DNA of 64,000 bases from Ignavibacteriota bacterium. Lineage in GTDB: Bacteria > Bacteroidota > Ignavibacteria > UBA10030. The stretch is from NCBI GenBank assembly GCA_963701295.1, contig OY969585.1:256001-320000 (forward strand), given 5' to 3'. The notes beneath the pieces are model-generated. The model did not search any database. It was not told where the DNA came from and worked only from the letters and a program-made list of their open reading frames with translations. This document shows, one piece after another, positions 42,054 to 51,864 of the stretch (its first letter is position 1; every line of letters starts with the position of its first letter). A program made the position numbers and the translations under genes.

Positions 42054-42137
42054 GCCCGGATGGCGAAATTGGCAGACGCGCTAGCTTCAGGAGCTAGTGA
42101 CCGCAAGGTCTTGGGGGTTCAAGTCCCCCTTCGGGCA
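42054..42137 (+). tRNA. tRNA-Leu(CAG)
   Basis: Acceptor stem GCCCGGA/TTCGGGC, anticodon arm CTAGC-TTCAGGA-GCTAG, long variable arm, GGTTCAAGTCC; CCA not encoded. Confidence 0.95.
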
Positions 42138-42140
42138 CAG

Positions 42141-42170
42141 AAAGACCTCGCAGTGTGGGATCTTTTTTTA
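42141..42170 (+). terminator. probable terminator after the tRNA
   Basis: Imperfect stem AAAGACCTCGC/GTGGGATCTTT followed by a T run. Confidence 0.5.
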
Positions 42171-42219
42171 TCTTAAACCCAATTGAAGATTCTAACCGTC
42201 ACAACTCATTGCGCAGCAC

Positions 42220-43182
42220 ATGGACGTTTATTTCTACGAAGCGTTTGAAGAAGAGGCATGGTCCCTCAAATCTTTTCTCGGCAATCAACTCATCTATGAG
42301 ATGACGGATAAGACGATTCAAGAAACGGATTATCTCAATCCACCAGCTCGACTGATCAGTATCCGCACACAATCGATCATTCCAACGGAATGGGCAGATA
42401 AGCTTAGTGGTGTATTGAGCCGAAGCACAGGGTATGACCATCTGAAGAAATACTTGGACAATATCCGAAAACCATTGCCATGCGGTTATCTGGAAGAGTA
42501 CGCAACACGAGCCGTCGCAGAACATGCAATCCTGCTCATGATGTCGCTGATGCGCCGTCTGCCGCAGCAAATGATCCAATTCAAAAACTTTAACCGGGAT
42601 GGACTCACAGGCGGAGAATGTGCAGGGAAGAACCTTTTAGTCGTAGGCGTGGGGCGGATTGGCATTGAGATTGTAAAGATCGGTTCAGCACTCGGTATGA
42701 ATGTCCGCGGCGTGGATATTGTCCAGCGCCACAAGGATGTGCAGTACATTGGGAAAGAAGAAGGAATCGCCTGGGCTGATGCCATTATCTGCTCCATGAA
42801 TTTGACAAACGAAAACCATGGTTATTTTTCCTACAACCTCTTAAAACAAGCCAAACTCGGTGTTCTTTTCGTCAATATCGCACGCGGGGAACATACACCT
42901 ATTGCCGATATGCTGAGATTAGTGCAGGAACGGCACGTGGGCGGACTCGGACTTGATGTGTTTGAAAACGAGCCAAACGTTGCTGTCGCTCTTCGAAACA
43001 AGCACACGAATATATTTCCAGCGGCGATAGTAATAAAAGAATTGCTTCAGCATCCGAATGTTCTCTGTACTCCGCACAACGCATTCAACACAATGGAAGC
43101 CGTCCAACGAAAATCCCGATTCTGTGTCGATGAAGTATTATATTTTCTTGAGAACAAAGACTTCCGGTATCGTGTGCGTTAG
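42220..43182 (+). CDS. D-2-hydroxyacid dehydrogenase family
   Basis: RSTGYDH, GVGRIG, VNIARG, LDVFENEP, TPHNAF. Confidence 0.9.
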   Translation: MDVYFYEAFEEEAWSLKSFLGNQLIYEMTDKTIQETDYLNPPARLISIRTQSIIPTEWADKLSGVLSRSTGYDHLKKYLDNIRKPLPCGYLEEYATRAVAEHAILLMMSLMRRLPQQMIQFKNFNRDGLTGGECAGKNLLVVGVGRIGIEIVKIGSALGMNVRGVDIVQRHKDVQYIGKEEGIAWADAIICSMNLTNENHGYFSYNLLKQAKLGVLFVNIARGEHTPIADMLRLVQERHVGGLGLDVFENEPNVAVALRNKHTNIFPAAIVIKELLQHPNVLCTPHNAFNTMEAVQRKSRFCVDEVLYFLENKDFRYRVR

Positions 43183-43377
43183 ATAGGGTGTTGCATTTCT
43201 TATGATGATTTTTTCCTGTGCAGTACAACCTGTTCGATTATTTGAAGAATCGTTTCTTTGGGCCGAAATTTACTTGCCACAAAGATAGGTTTATACCTCT
43301 GCTCTTCTGAACTATCAAGAAGAACTTGCATATACTTTTCTCAGGGTTTGCAACACACAAAACACGCTGAGACATTC

Positions 43378-44985
43378 TTATTGAAAAACTTCTTTCTGGA
43401 TATCCTCTTTCATTACGGAAGCTGCCGACAGAAACATTTTAAATATCGAACCTTTTCCTTCTACGCTCTCTACCGTCATAAATCCTTTATGTCCCTTGAC
43501 AATGCCGAGGCAAATCGAAAGACCAAGCCCTGTACCTTTCCCTATTTCCTTCGTCGTATAGAACGGCTCAAAGATCTTATGGATTTCGACAGCCGGTATT
43601 CCGACGCCTGTATCGCTGACACTAAACACTACATACGCTCCTTCGACTGCATCAGTATGTTCTTCGGCCATCTCTTTCGATACCAAAACATCACCTACAG
43701 AAAATGTTAATTCACCGCCTTGCGGCATAGCATCGCATGCGTTGGTGCAAAGATTGATTAACACTTGATGGAGCTGGGTTCTATCCCCGATCACCGGTGA
43801 AACAATATCCGATATACGAGTGCGGACTGAAACGCTGTCAGGTACAATTTGACCTAATAAACCTGTAATATCTTTTACAATCTTCAAAGGATTGAGTTTT
43901 ACATGCTTACCCTCCACTCCTTTCACAAAGGAAAGAACTTGATAGACCATTTCAGAGCCATGCTTCGCACTTGACTCGATGGCTTTTAAAAGCCGCTGAC
44001 TTTGGGTATCCAACAACTTCCGTTTAAGTACTTCCACACCGACCAGGACCGGCGCTAGTGTATTGCTCAAGTCATGCGCGATACCACTTGCGAAAATGCC
44101 GATACTTTCCACTCGCTGTGCTCGGAGAAAGCGTGTTTCCAATCGTTTTCGCTCTGTCACATCCGTGCAAACTTGAAGAATGCCAGCGGGCTCGCCGCCT
44201 GGATTGTGAACAAGAGTCCATCGACAATCTGCGATGATGGCCGTTCCATCTCTTTTTTTTTGGCACAGTTCGCCCGACCATGCCGAATGCTGTACCGTCA
44301 ACGTGTATGCGCGATCAAATCCTTCCGTTCCATCCGACCCATAGATGTACTTCACTACATCTCTTCCTACCACTTCTAACGGCTCGTAGCCATACATTCG
44401 TTCAGCACCTTTGTTCCAGTATCGTACCGTTTTGTTAAGGTCAAGAACGAGGATGGCATCCTGCGCCTGATCCAGCAGCAACGCTTGTTCACGAATTTTA
44501 TCTTCCGCAAGCCGGCGTGTGGTGATGTCGATAATAACTGCTTCGGTAAAACTTTTGAGAGAATGGATAGAAGCAGAGAAAGAAATCCAAAATTCCGATC
44601 CGTTTTTACGGCGCAAAAGGGTCTTATAATCCTCCACTGACTGACCTGCTGATAAACGTTCAATAAGATATTCCCGATCTTGAAGAGACATTGAAAAGAG
44701 CACTCCTTTTACTTCATCGAATGTCTCGACTGCAAACATACGAAGGAGTGCGTGATTTGCATCGACAACATTCCAATGATCGGTCGTTATGCGAAGCATA
44801 CCGGCAGGTGACTGCTCAAAAAGATTACGGTACTTTCGTTCGCTGATTGTCAATTCTTCCAGTTGACGCTTCTTGGTCGTAAGCTCCTTTTGTTTGCCTG
44901 TCATAACTGCGGCCACAAATCCAACAGTAATCGTTAAGAGTGCAATGGTTCCAAGTGCAACTGTCCACCAAATATTAAATGTCAC
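43378..44985 (-). CDS. PAS-PAS sensor histidine kinase with a single N-terminal TM
   Basis: GIAHDLSN H-box, NLCTNA, DTGVG, GTGLGL; GTG at 44985 overlaps the upstream TGA (GTGA); ORF track start 45054. Confidence 0.92.
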   Translation of the reverse strand: MTFNIWWTVALGTIALLTITVGFVAAVMTGKQKELTTKKRQLEELTISERKYRNLFEQSPAGMLRITTDHWNVVDANHALLRMFAVETFDEVKGVLFSMSLQDREYLIERLSAGQSVEDYKTLLRRKNGSEFWISFSASIHSLKSFTEAVIIDITTRRLAEDKIREQALLLDQAQDAILVLDLNKTVRYWNKGAERMYGYEPLEVVGRDVVKYIYGSDGTEGFDRAYTLTVQHSAWSGELCQKKRDGTAIIADCRWTLVHNPGGEPAGILQVCTDVTERKRLETRFLRAQRVESIGIFASGIAHDLSNTLAPVLVGVEVLKRKLLDTQSQRLLKAIESSAKHGSEMVYQVLSFVKGVEGKHVKLNPLKIVKDITGLLGQIVPDSVSVRTRISDIVSPVIGDRTQLHQVLINLCTNACDAMPQGGELTFSVGDVLVSKEMAEEHTDAVEGAYVVFSVSDTGVGIPAVEIHKIFEPFYTTKEIGKGTGLGLSICLGIVKGHKGFMTVESVEGKGSIFKMFLSAASVMKEDIQKEVFQ

Positions 44986-45605
44986 TTCTTGCACAAAAAG
45001 CCCCGCATATAGAGCAGATAAGAGATGATTATAAAAACCCAGTTCAAAGGCCATATCATCAGAAAGCGTTCAGTCGAAATCTGAAGCATCTTGTTAAACA
45101 AAGCGAACAAGAACAGACTTCCCGCTGAATAGATGATCGTACCAGCAGCAACCCAAAAGCGTGGATCGTTTATCCATACGATGTCGCTTTCCTTCACAAC
45201 ATCTAACAATAAGTAGGCTGAAAATGCTATTTGTAATACTTTTGAGATCGTTGCTGTCCAGTCATCAGCAAGCGAGAGTGGTTCAAATGAAAACTTACTG
45301 ACGATCCAGAAGAAGAGAAACACAACAAGACATATCAGGAGAACCCTTTTTTTCCCATGCTGCTTCATCCATAATGAATATATAAAAACTATGGCTGTCA
45401 ATTCAATCATCGTAGAAAAATGCGATATCCAGAGGTTGTAGATATGAAGAGAGGTAAGAGTCCATTCTACGCAAGTCATTCCGACATTGAATAGAATGAG
45501 CCATTCAAGAATTCGTAAAGGATGTGGGAGACTCCGATAACGGAAGCCTCCCACCAACATCGCCCCTATCTCAACAAAGAAAGCGATATAAAAAAGAACT
45601 GGCAT
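44982..45605 (-). CDS. 6-7 TM membrane protein of unknown function
   Basis: Hydrophobic helices throughout; YNLWISH, PRFWVAAGTIIY, WPLNW. Confidence 0.85.
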   Translation of the reverse strand: MPVLFYIAFFVEIGAMLVGGFRYRSLPHPLRILEWLILFNVGMTCVEWTLTSLHIYNLWISHFSTMIELTAIVFIYSLWMKQHGKKRVLLICLVVFLFFWIVSKFSFEPLSLADDWTATISKVLQIAFSAYLLLDVVKESDIVWINDPRFWVAAGTIIYSAGSLFLFALFNKMLQISTERFLMIWPLNWVFIIISYLLYMRGFLCKK

Positions 45606-45619
45606 GAGGATATAAAGAA

Positions 45620-46039
45620 CTACCGCGCGAGTTCACTGACAACATCACAATATGGAGGACATGGAGACATTCTCTCCATAATGAGACCTGTTTGTATGTC
45701 CTGCCCTTTTGCGTCAACGCCGACAAGTACCAAAGTCGGTGAGCCATCATCCATCTGCGCATAATAATAACGGATGCCTATAACTCCCGGCTGCGCGAGT
45801 ATCTTATCAAAGGCATTGCGACCAAAGAAGCCGCCCTTTATGGAAGGAGCTTTGAGATTCGAACGATGATTTTTTACGAGACGAAGTGCCGTCATAAGAT
45901 CAACTTGATGATTCTCATTACCTGTGAGTTGTTGATTTTGAGAAGTCGAAGCGCTCTTCGCGGGACCATGAAATGCCCAAAGCAATCCAAAACACAGAAC
46001 AACAAGAATGCCTAGGATAAGTGTTCCTGTGGTTTTCAT
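45620..46039 (-). CDS. secreted small protein with C-terminal PCPPYC motif
   Basis: Strong RBS AGGAGG, N-terminal signal/anchor, GIRYYY..LVLVGVD core, SPCPPYCD tail. Confidence 0.85.
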   Translation of the reverse strand: MKTTGTLILGILVVLCFGLLWAFHGPAKSASTSQNQQLTGNENHQVDLMTALRLVKNHRSNLKAPSIKGGFFGRNAFDKILAQPGVIGIRYYYAQMDDGSPTLVLVGVDAKGQDIQTGLIMERMSPCPPYCDVVSELAR

Positions 46040-46402
46040 ACATCCTCCTATTATATAAGAAATGATTGGTTACTCATTCTCGTGTCCTGGCGTTATTGTA
46101 GAACACGAAACGATGCGATTTTTGATTAGTCTGGCGTCGCACACTTAGAAGATACTCCAATTCATGAAGAAAGCAAGTCCTTCTTAGAGGAACTCTTGAA
46201 ATGATACGCATCTTGAATTGCGTTTCTCGAAAGACATTCTTACATTCTAATAGAATGGAACCACGATAAGGTTTCTCGTGTAGAGAATGTCGCGATTCGT
46301 TTATCCACCTTCCGAAAATCGTAAACGTTCCAAACAAGAGAGGCTTCTGCGAGTTGAGGGCTACCGCAAGAAGACCTATGACAACAGATAGGAGAATCTT
46401 AC

Positions 46403-47515
46403 TTGGATTCGGCACGGATCATAGAGACAATGAAATCTTCTCGGGAAATACTCAAGCGCGTTGATCAACTTGTTAAGGCTAATAATTTAGAAAAAGCTCT
46501 TCATGAAGTTAGGAAAGCGCGTGAGATAGATCCAAAGAATTTATATGCATTTGCTTACGAAGAACGCATTCAAGAACTTTTCGCTCAACGGCAGCATCAA
46601 GAAGCATTAACTCACCAAAAACTCAAGAGTTCAGATACACCGAGTGAAGATCTGAAACCCTACAACATGGGAGACCAGTTGCTCGGTGAACGCACCGATA
46701 TAACTGAAACGAAAGTACCGGCGTTGTATGAAGAATTTAAAAAAGCCGGATTGCGGAAATCTGACCAAACAGAATCCACTCGGACAAAGCGAGCATCCAA
46801 AGAGGCGTTAGAGATTTTCAGACAGGCGCTGCTGCTTGCATGGTCAGATGGCCAGAAAACAGATGAAGAAGTGAACGAACTTCAATATCTCAAACAATCA
46901 CTCTTCATCACTGACGAGGAGCAGGAACTATTAGATCGGCAAGCGAAACTGGAATGCTACATCCTCTTGCTCAAACATTTGCTCCAGTCCCATGCACCGA
47001 AGGGAGAGGTCGCAAGTACTCTTGCTGAGCTTCGTAGAAGTTTTGATGTTTCCAGCTCCGATCAAGTCGTTATCGAAGCAAATCTGGTTGTTCACAAGGA
47101 AGGGAAAGGGAAAAAGCAAACAATCGCCGTCATTGACGACGAAAAGCAAATACTCACACTGATGAAAGAAATACTAACGCAAGCACATTATCAAGTGATG
47201 GATTTTAGCACATCGGACAATGCATATGATTTTTTAAGAAAAGAGAAAGCTGACTGTATTCTCTGCGATATCAGCTTAGAAACTTCCACGATGAATGGTT
47301 TTTTATTCTATGAGAAAGTCAGAGAATTGCGTCACCTCCAACAAGTGCCATTTATCTTCATAACAGGATTGAATGATGTTGTGTTGATGCGTGCCGGCAA
47401 AGAAATGGGTGTTGATGACTTCCTTGTTAAACCTATCCATCGCGAAAATCTCCTTGCTACAATTCGGGGAAGAATCAAGAGGTATGAGCAAATGAAACTT
47501 CTATCGGGACTATAG
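46403..47515 (+). CDS. response regulator with N-terminal helical (TPR-like and TerB-like) region and C-terminal REC domain
   Basis: VIDDE, LCDISL, FITG, FLVKP; AWSDGQKTDEE segment. Confidence 0.85.
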   Translation: MDSARIIETMKSSREILKRVDQLVKANNLEKALHEVRKAREIDPKNLYAFAYEERIQELFAQRQHQEALTHQKLKSSDTPSEDLKPYNMGDQLLGERTDITETKVPALYEEFKKAGLRKSDQTESTRTKRASKEALEIFRQALLLAWSDGQKTDEEVNELQYLKQSLFITDEEQELLDRQAKLECYILLLKHLLQSHAPKGEVASTLAELRRSFDVSSSDQVVIEANLVVHKEGKGKKQTIAVIDDEKQILTLMKEILTQAHYQVMDFSTSDNAYDFLRKEKADCILCDISLETSTMNGFLFYEKVRELRHLQQVPFIFITGLNDVVLMRAGKEMGVDDFLVKPIHRENLLATIRGRIKRYEQMKLLSGL

Positions 47516-47557
47516 AATTCACACGGGAAGTGAACGATTCTCTAAAATCTAAGATAT

Positions 47558-50098
47558 CTAATTTCTCTTAAAGACATTTCTCAAGATTTCCCCAAAAACG
47601 CTTTTCTTGAATGGTTTCAGAAGAACGGTATGTATGCCAAGAGATTTGAGTTTATCCGGACCATCCATTTGATCATACCCTGTCATTAATATAACCGGTA
47701 AGTCTTTACGTACCTGAAGGATTTTACTCGTGAGAATGAGACCCGTCATCTGCGGCATTGTATGATCGGTAATAAGAAGATCATAGCCATGGGGATCATT
47801 TTCAAATGCTTTCAGTGCGTCCAAAGGCTTTGTAAATGGAAACGCCCGATATCCTAGTCCTTTTAATAACTCTGTGAGTGCATCAAGCAATTGCGGCTCA
47901 TCATCTACTATCATAATGCGTTCGGAACTTCCAAGGCTCTCTTTAATTTCTTCAAGCTTCACACTCTGTTCTTCACCTTCGTAGATCGGAAGATACACAT
48001 CAACTTGCGTACCTTTCCCCACTTGACTTTGAACTTTTGTCACACCGCCATGATTTTTCACAATAGCATGAACAATTGCTAGTCCTAATCCAGTCCCCTT
48101 CCCTGGTCCTTTCGTCGTAAAAAATGGTTCAAAAATTCTTTTCAACGTGACTGCATCCATACCGGTTCCCGAATCCTGAACAGTAAACACCGCATATCGT
48201 CCTTTTTTCAGATCAGGGTGAAACAACATTGCCCGGTCATCATATTCTATACTCTTCTGGCGTAAAATAAGTTTCCCATCAGTTCCATTCATTGCTTGAG
48301 CTGCATTAGTACAAAGATTCATGACAACCTGATGGATCTGCGTTGCATCGGCTAAGACAAGAGGTCCTTTTATTGGTAAATCTAGTTTAATCTCGACGGT
48401 TGTAGGAATTGATGCACGGAGGAGTTTCATACCCTCACGTAAGATATAGTGCAATCGAACCGGCCGATAGTTTGAATCTTGCTTCCGACTAAATGCCAAT
48501 ATTTGTTGAACAAGTTCTTGTGCCCGATCCGAAGCATGAATCACTTCATCGATATGTTTCATTGCGCGGTGGTTCCTGCTCAGTTTTAATTTTACTAACT
48601 CTGAGTTGCCAATAATAACCGAGAGAATATTGTTGAAATCATGCGCTATACCGCCGGCAAGAGAACCGACAGCTTCCATTTTTTGCGATTGAAGTAATTG
48701 TGCTTGCAAATTTCTTTGCGTTTCTTCTGCTTTCACTCGTTCCGTAATATCGCGGAGAATAAGTGTGTAGAGCTCCTCTTTTCCCACCTTCACTTTCGAA
48801 ATAGAAGCTTCAATAGGAAAGTTCTCTCCGTTGACACGAACACCATTAATTGTTCTCATTGTTCCTTCGATCAAGCCTGCAACCGAATTTTGATCGGGCT
48901 CATATGAATGACTCTGATCTTTAACCTTCTGAGACAGGGCGATGAAACGATCTATAGATTGTCCGAGAGCCTCGGCTTCTGAGCAACGGAACATTTGTTC
49001 CGAAGCAGGATTAAATGATTGGATCCGTAGATGCTTATCTAATGTAATAATAGCTTCCATTGCCGACGTTATGATGCTTGAAAGGCGGCTTTGATTTTCG
49101 CGAATGACTTCTTGAGTTCTTTTCAACTCTGTCAGATCGGTCACAATACCAAGTACAGATGGCTCTCCTTCATAGCGAATCAATTTTGACATTTTGAGAC
49201 ATTCAATTTTTTTATTCGCTTTATCGACGAGCGTACATTCATATGGTTCAACTTTGATTCCTGCCAAATGTTGTCTAATTTTTTGAAGGACCATGTACCG
49301 ATGTTCAGGTGCAATAATCGAAAGAAAGTCAAACTCTGGAGCATAGATTTCTTCACGCGAATAGCCGATCAATTCTTTACATTTTTCATTCACATAAATA
49401 ATTTTCCCATTCTTGTGAATGTAGACCATGTTCGGCAGTTCTTCTGTCAGCGTTCTGAATTTCTCTTCAGATTCTCGTAATTCTTCGGCTTGCTTTCGAA
49501 TTGCTTTTTCGCTTGTTCGAGCTTTGTTAATACTTCGTAAAAGACGATCCGCCAGGATACGAACAGCAATTGCTGTTATTAAGAGGATAACCGCTATATC
49601 AACGATATCAAGATAATCAGTGTACTGGTGGTATTGCTTAACAATCACTCTCGCAATTTCGAGGAATCCAATGACGATAACGGTGAAAATCGTCCAGAAT
49701 GTGAATGCATAAAAAAAGGGTGGCTTAAAAGCAATTCCTGCAAACATAAGACATATTGGGATACCAAGAAGGACGATGTTGTGAAGACCTCCAGATGCAT
49801 AAAGGAGGTACGTGATAAAACCCATAACTGTCCAAAGAAGAAGACTTTTTGCCCATTGCAAACGACCTATCCTCAGAAAGACTATTGACAGAATAATCAA
49901 TACACCAACCAAAAGTGTTTGAAGAACGAACAGATACCGTCCGGCGACTTCTCTCTGGAAAACGAGTGTAGCAAATCCAGCAAGAATACTTAGTGCGATG
50001 ACATTGAGGATTTCTGCAACGCGGTTTTTTTCTTCATCACCAAAATCCGGTGGTTTAAGGAGTGAGTGGACCTTTTGATACATTTCTTTTATTCGCAT
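47558..50098 (-). CDS. hybrid membrane PAS-PAS histidine kinase with REC domain
   Basis: About 5-6 TM, two [18 protein letters not shown]-terminal VDDE..TDHTMP..KP. Confidence 0.93.
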   Translation of the reverse strand: MRIKEMYQKVHSLLKPPDFGDEEKNRVAEILNVIALSILAGFATLVFQREVAGRYLFVLQTLLVGVLIILSIVFLRIGRLQWAKSLLLWTVMGFITYLLYASGGLHNIVLLGIPICLMFAGIAFKPPFFYAFTFWTIFTVIVIGFLEIARVIVKQYHQYTDYLDIVDIAVILLITAIAVRILADRLLRSINKARTSEKAIRKQAEELRESEEKFRTLTEELPNMVYIHKNGKIIYVNEKCKELIGYSREEIYAPEFDFLSIIAPEHRYMVLQKIRQHLAGIKVEPYECTLVDKANKKIECLKMSKLIRYEGEPSVLGIVTDLTELKRTQEVIRENQSRLSSIITSAMEAIITLDKHLRIQSFNPASEQMFRCSEAEALGQSIDRFIALSQKVKDQSHSYEPDQNSVAGLIEGTMRTINGVRVNGENFPIEASISKVKVGKEELYTLILRDITERVKAEETQRNLQAQLLQSQKMEAVGSLAGGIAHDFNNILSVIIGNSELVKLKLSRNHRAMKHIDEVIHASDRAQELVQQILAFSRKQDSNYRPVRLHYILREGMKLLRASIPTTVEIKLDLPIKGPLVLADATQIHQVVMNLCTNAAQAMNGTDGKLILRQKSIEYDDRAMLFHPDLKKGRYAVFTVQDSGTGMDAVTLKRIFEPFFTTKGPGKGTGLGLAIVHAIVKNHGGVTKVQSQVGKGTQVDVYLPIYEGEEQSVKLEEIKESLGSSERIMIVDDEPQLLDALTELLKGLGYRAFPFTKPLDALKAFENDPHGYDLLITDHTMPQMTGLILTSKILQVRKDLPVILMTGYDQMDGPDKLKSLGIHTVLLKPFKKSVFGEILRNVFKRN

Positions 50099-50305
50099 AT
50101 ACCTCCTGCGTTCAGTAGAATGAACTTCACATGAAGAAGGTTAACAGATTGCGGTAAATCATTTTCCCTCGTTAGAAAATGACCGATTCAATATACGAAG
50201 GGCAGAGTGGGAATTCAAGTGTTGGCATGTTTTTTTTTAATTCATGTCATATATGGCGAGGCGTACTTTGATAAGTAAAATATTTGACAACTGTAATTTT
50301 CTTAA

Positions 50306-51479
50306 CTACGATATAAACACCTTCGCCACTTCAATCAGCATGGAAGGCTGGTTCCATAACGCCGCGCGGAAGATTCCACCAAGTGTCCGCTTTTCCTCAG
50401 GAAGTTTGAGAGCACTTTCGGCAATATTGTTCAATGTGTCATCCGAGAAATTTGAGATAGCTTCCTTAATATTGTAAAACACCTCGTGCCTCCCGCCGAG
50501 ACGTTTGTGCCAGCGTTTCTCGTACTCCATCAAATGCGAAAGGTCGTTCTGCTTTACTGTTTCTGCAACGACTTGTCCGGCAATCATCCCGCCGATCATT
50601 CCGCTAATGATGCCCCCACCGGAAGTAGGATTGACCTGATGACCTGCATCGCCAACAAGCATCACTCTATTCTTTACCAACGTGTTACAGGTCTTGGCGC
50701 AAGGCACACCACCGGCAATGTGTGTCAGCATTGCTGCGTTTGGATACTTGTGTTCTACAAATTCTTGCAAATATCGAATTGCCGATTTTTTCTTTGCTTC
50801 CTCAACATTGATTCCAATCCCGACATTTGCTGTACCTTTTCCTTTCGGAAAAACCCAAAGATAACCGCCAGGCGCGATTGCATCACCGAAATAAAAATCG
50901 AGACAATCTTGCTCTGCGTCAATTCCCGAAATCGTCATTTGTGCGCAACTTTCCATATCGTGAATGTGGCACGTTGTATCAATACCAGCCCATTTACCGA
51001 CGCGACTCTCAACTCCGTCGGCGCCAACAACGACGCGTGAACGAATTTCTACCACGGTATCTTTGATGAGCGCTTTTACGCCCACTGCTTTTCCATTACT
51101 ATCCTTGAGAAGGTCATAGACATACGCTTTAGTGATAACCTTCTGTACCCTCATGTGCTGCTAATTTTGCTAATTCATAATCAAAGATACGGCGTTCGAG
51201 TACATATCCTATTCCGTCAAGTTTTGGAATAATAGATTTTCCATTGGGCGCAACCAATTTAAAGTGAGTAACTGTCGCCGCAATCCATTTTGGATCTGGC
51301 TGGATAAATTGCACAACTCCTTCGTGACTGACCGCTTCCCCACACCGCACAGGGTAACCGACATCGCGGTCTTTTTCCAATATCAACACTGAAGCGCCGC
51401 CAGCAGCAGCAAACCGTGCAGCCGTTGAACCCGCAGGCCCTGCACCGACCACTACAACGTCATATTGATTTTTAAGCAT
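50306..51479 (-). CDS. geranylgeranyl reductase family FAD oxidoreductase, split by one +1 frameshift near 51140
   Basis: VGAGPAGS, PVRCGEA, GADGVES, YLWVFP, GDAGHQVNP..GGGI; extra base in GAA-G-GTT. Confidence 0.85.
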
Positions 51480-51600
51480 AAGTTATAAAATTGGCTAATT
51501 TTGTGATTGATAGATTATGAGATTTTAAATCTGGGATTTTGGATTTAAAAGTTGTTGATTTGTTTGAATTTTATTGTTTGGTATTTGAGATTTCATTGAT

Positions 51601-51864
51601 TTACTTGTTCAAAAACATCGGTTGAGTTTTGGGCAACTCCACTACTCCTTCCCGATGAAATTGGATTACTTCCCACGGACATGCCCATACACATTTTTTG
51701 CAGTTTGTGCATCGTTCCTCTATGATAGAAATGCGCGATTCCATCAGCTCGATGGCATCTTCCGGACAAACACCGACACAGCAGCCGCAGTAATCGCACT
51801 TACCAGGTATAATGTGAATCATCAGTGGAGTTTTTCTCGGCATCTTCATCCCATCGTTCCTCAA
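51601..51864 (-). CDS. 2[4Fe-4S] ferredoxin
   Basis: CDYCGCCVGVCP and CTNCKKCVWACP. Confidence 0.9.
   Translation of the reverse strand: MRNDGMKMPRKTPLMIHIIPGKCDYCGCCVGVCPEDAIELMESRISIIEERCTNCKKCVWACPWEVIQFHREGVVELPKTQPMFLNK

Noticed and set aside
42054-42200. tRNA-Leu as an island integration site
   Set aside because: No adjacent integrase, and I saw no duplicate of the tRNA 3' end in the window
44982-45605. Microbial rhodopsin
   Set aside because: No retinal-binding Lys motif within the last helix
46074-46415. 113-aa minus-strand ORF between divergent genes
   Set aside because: No motif or convincing RBS; occupies the expected promoter region
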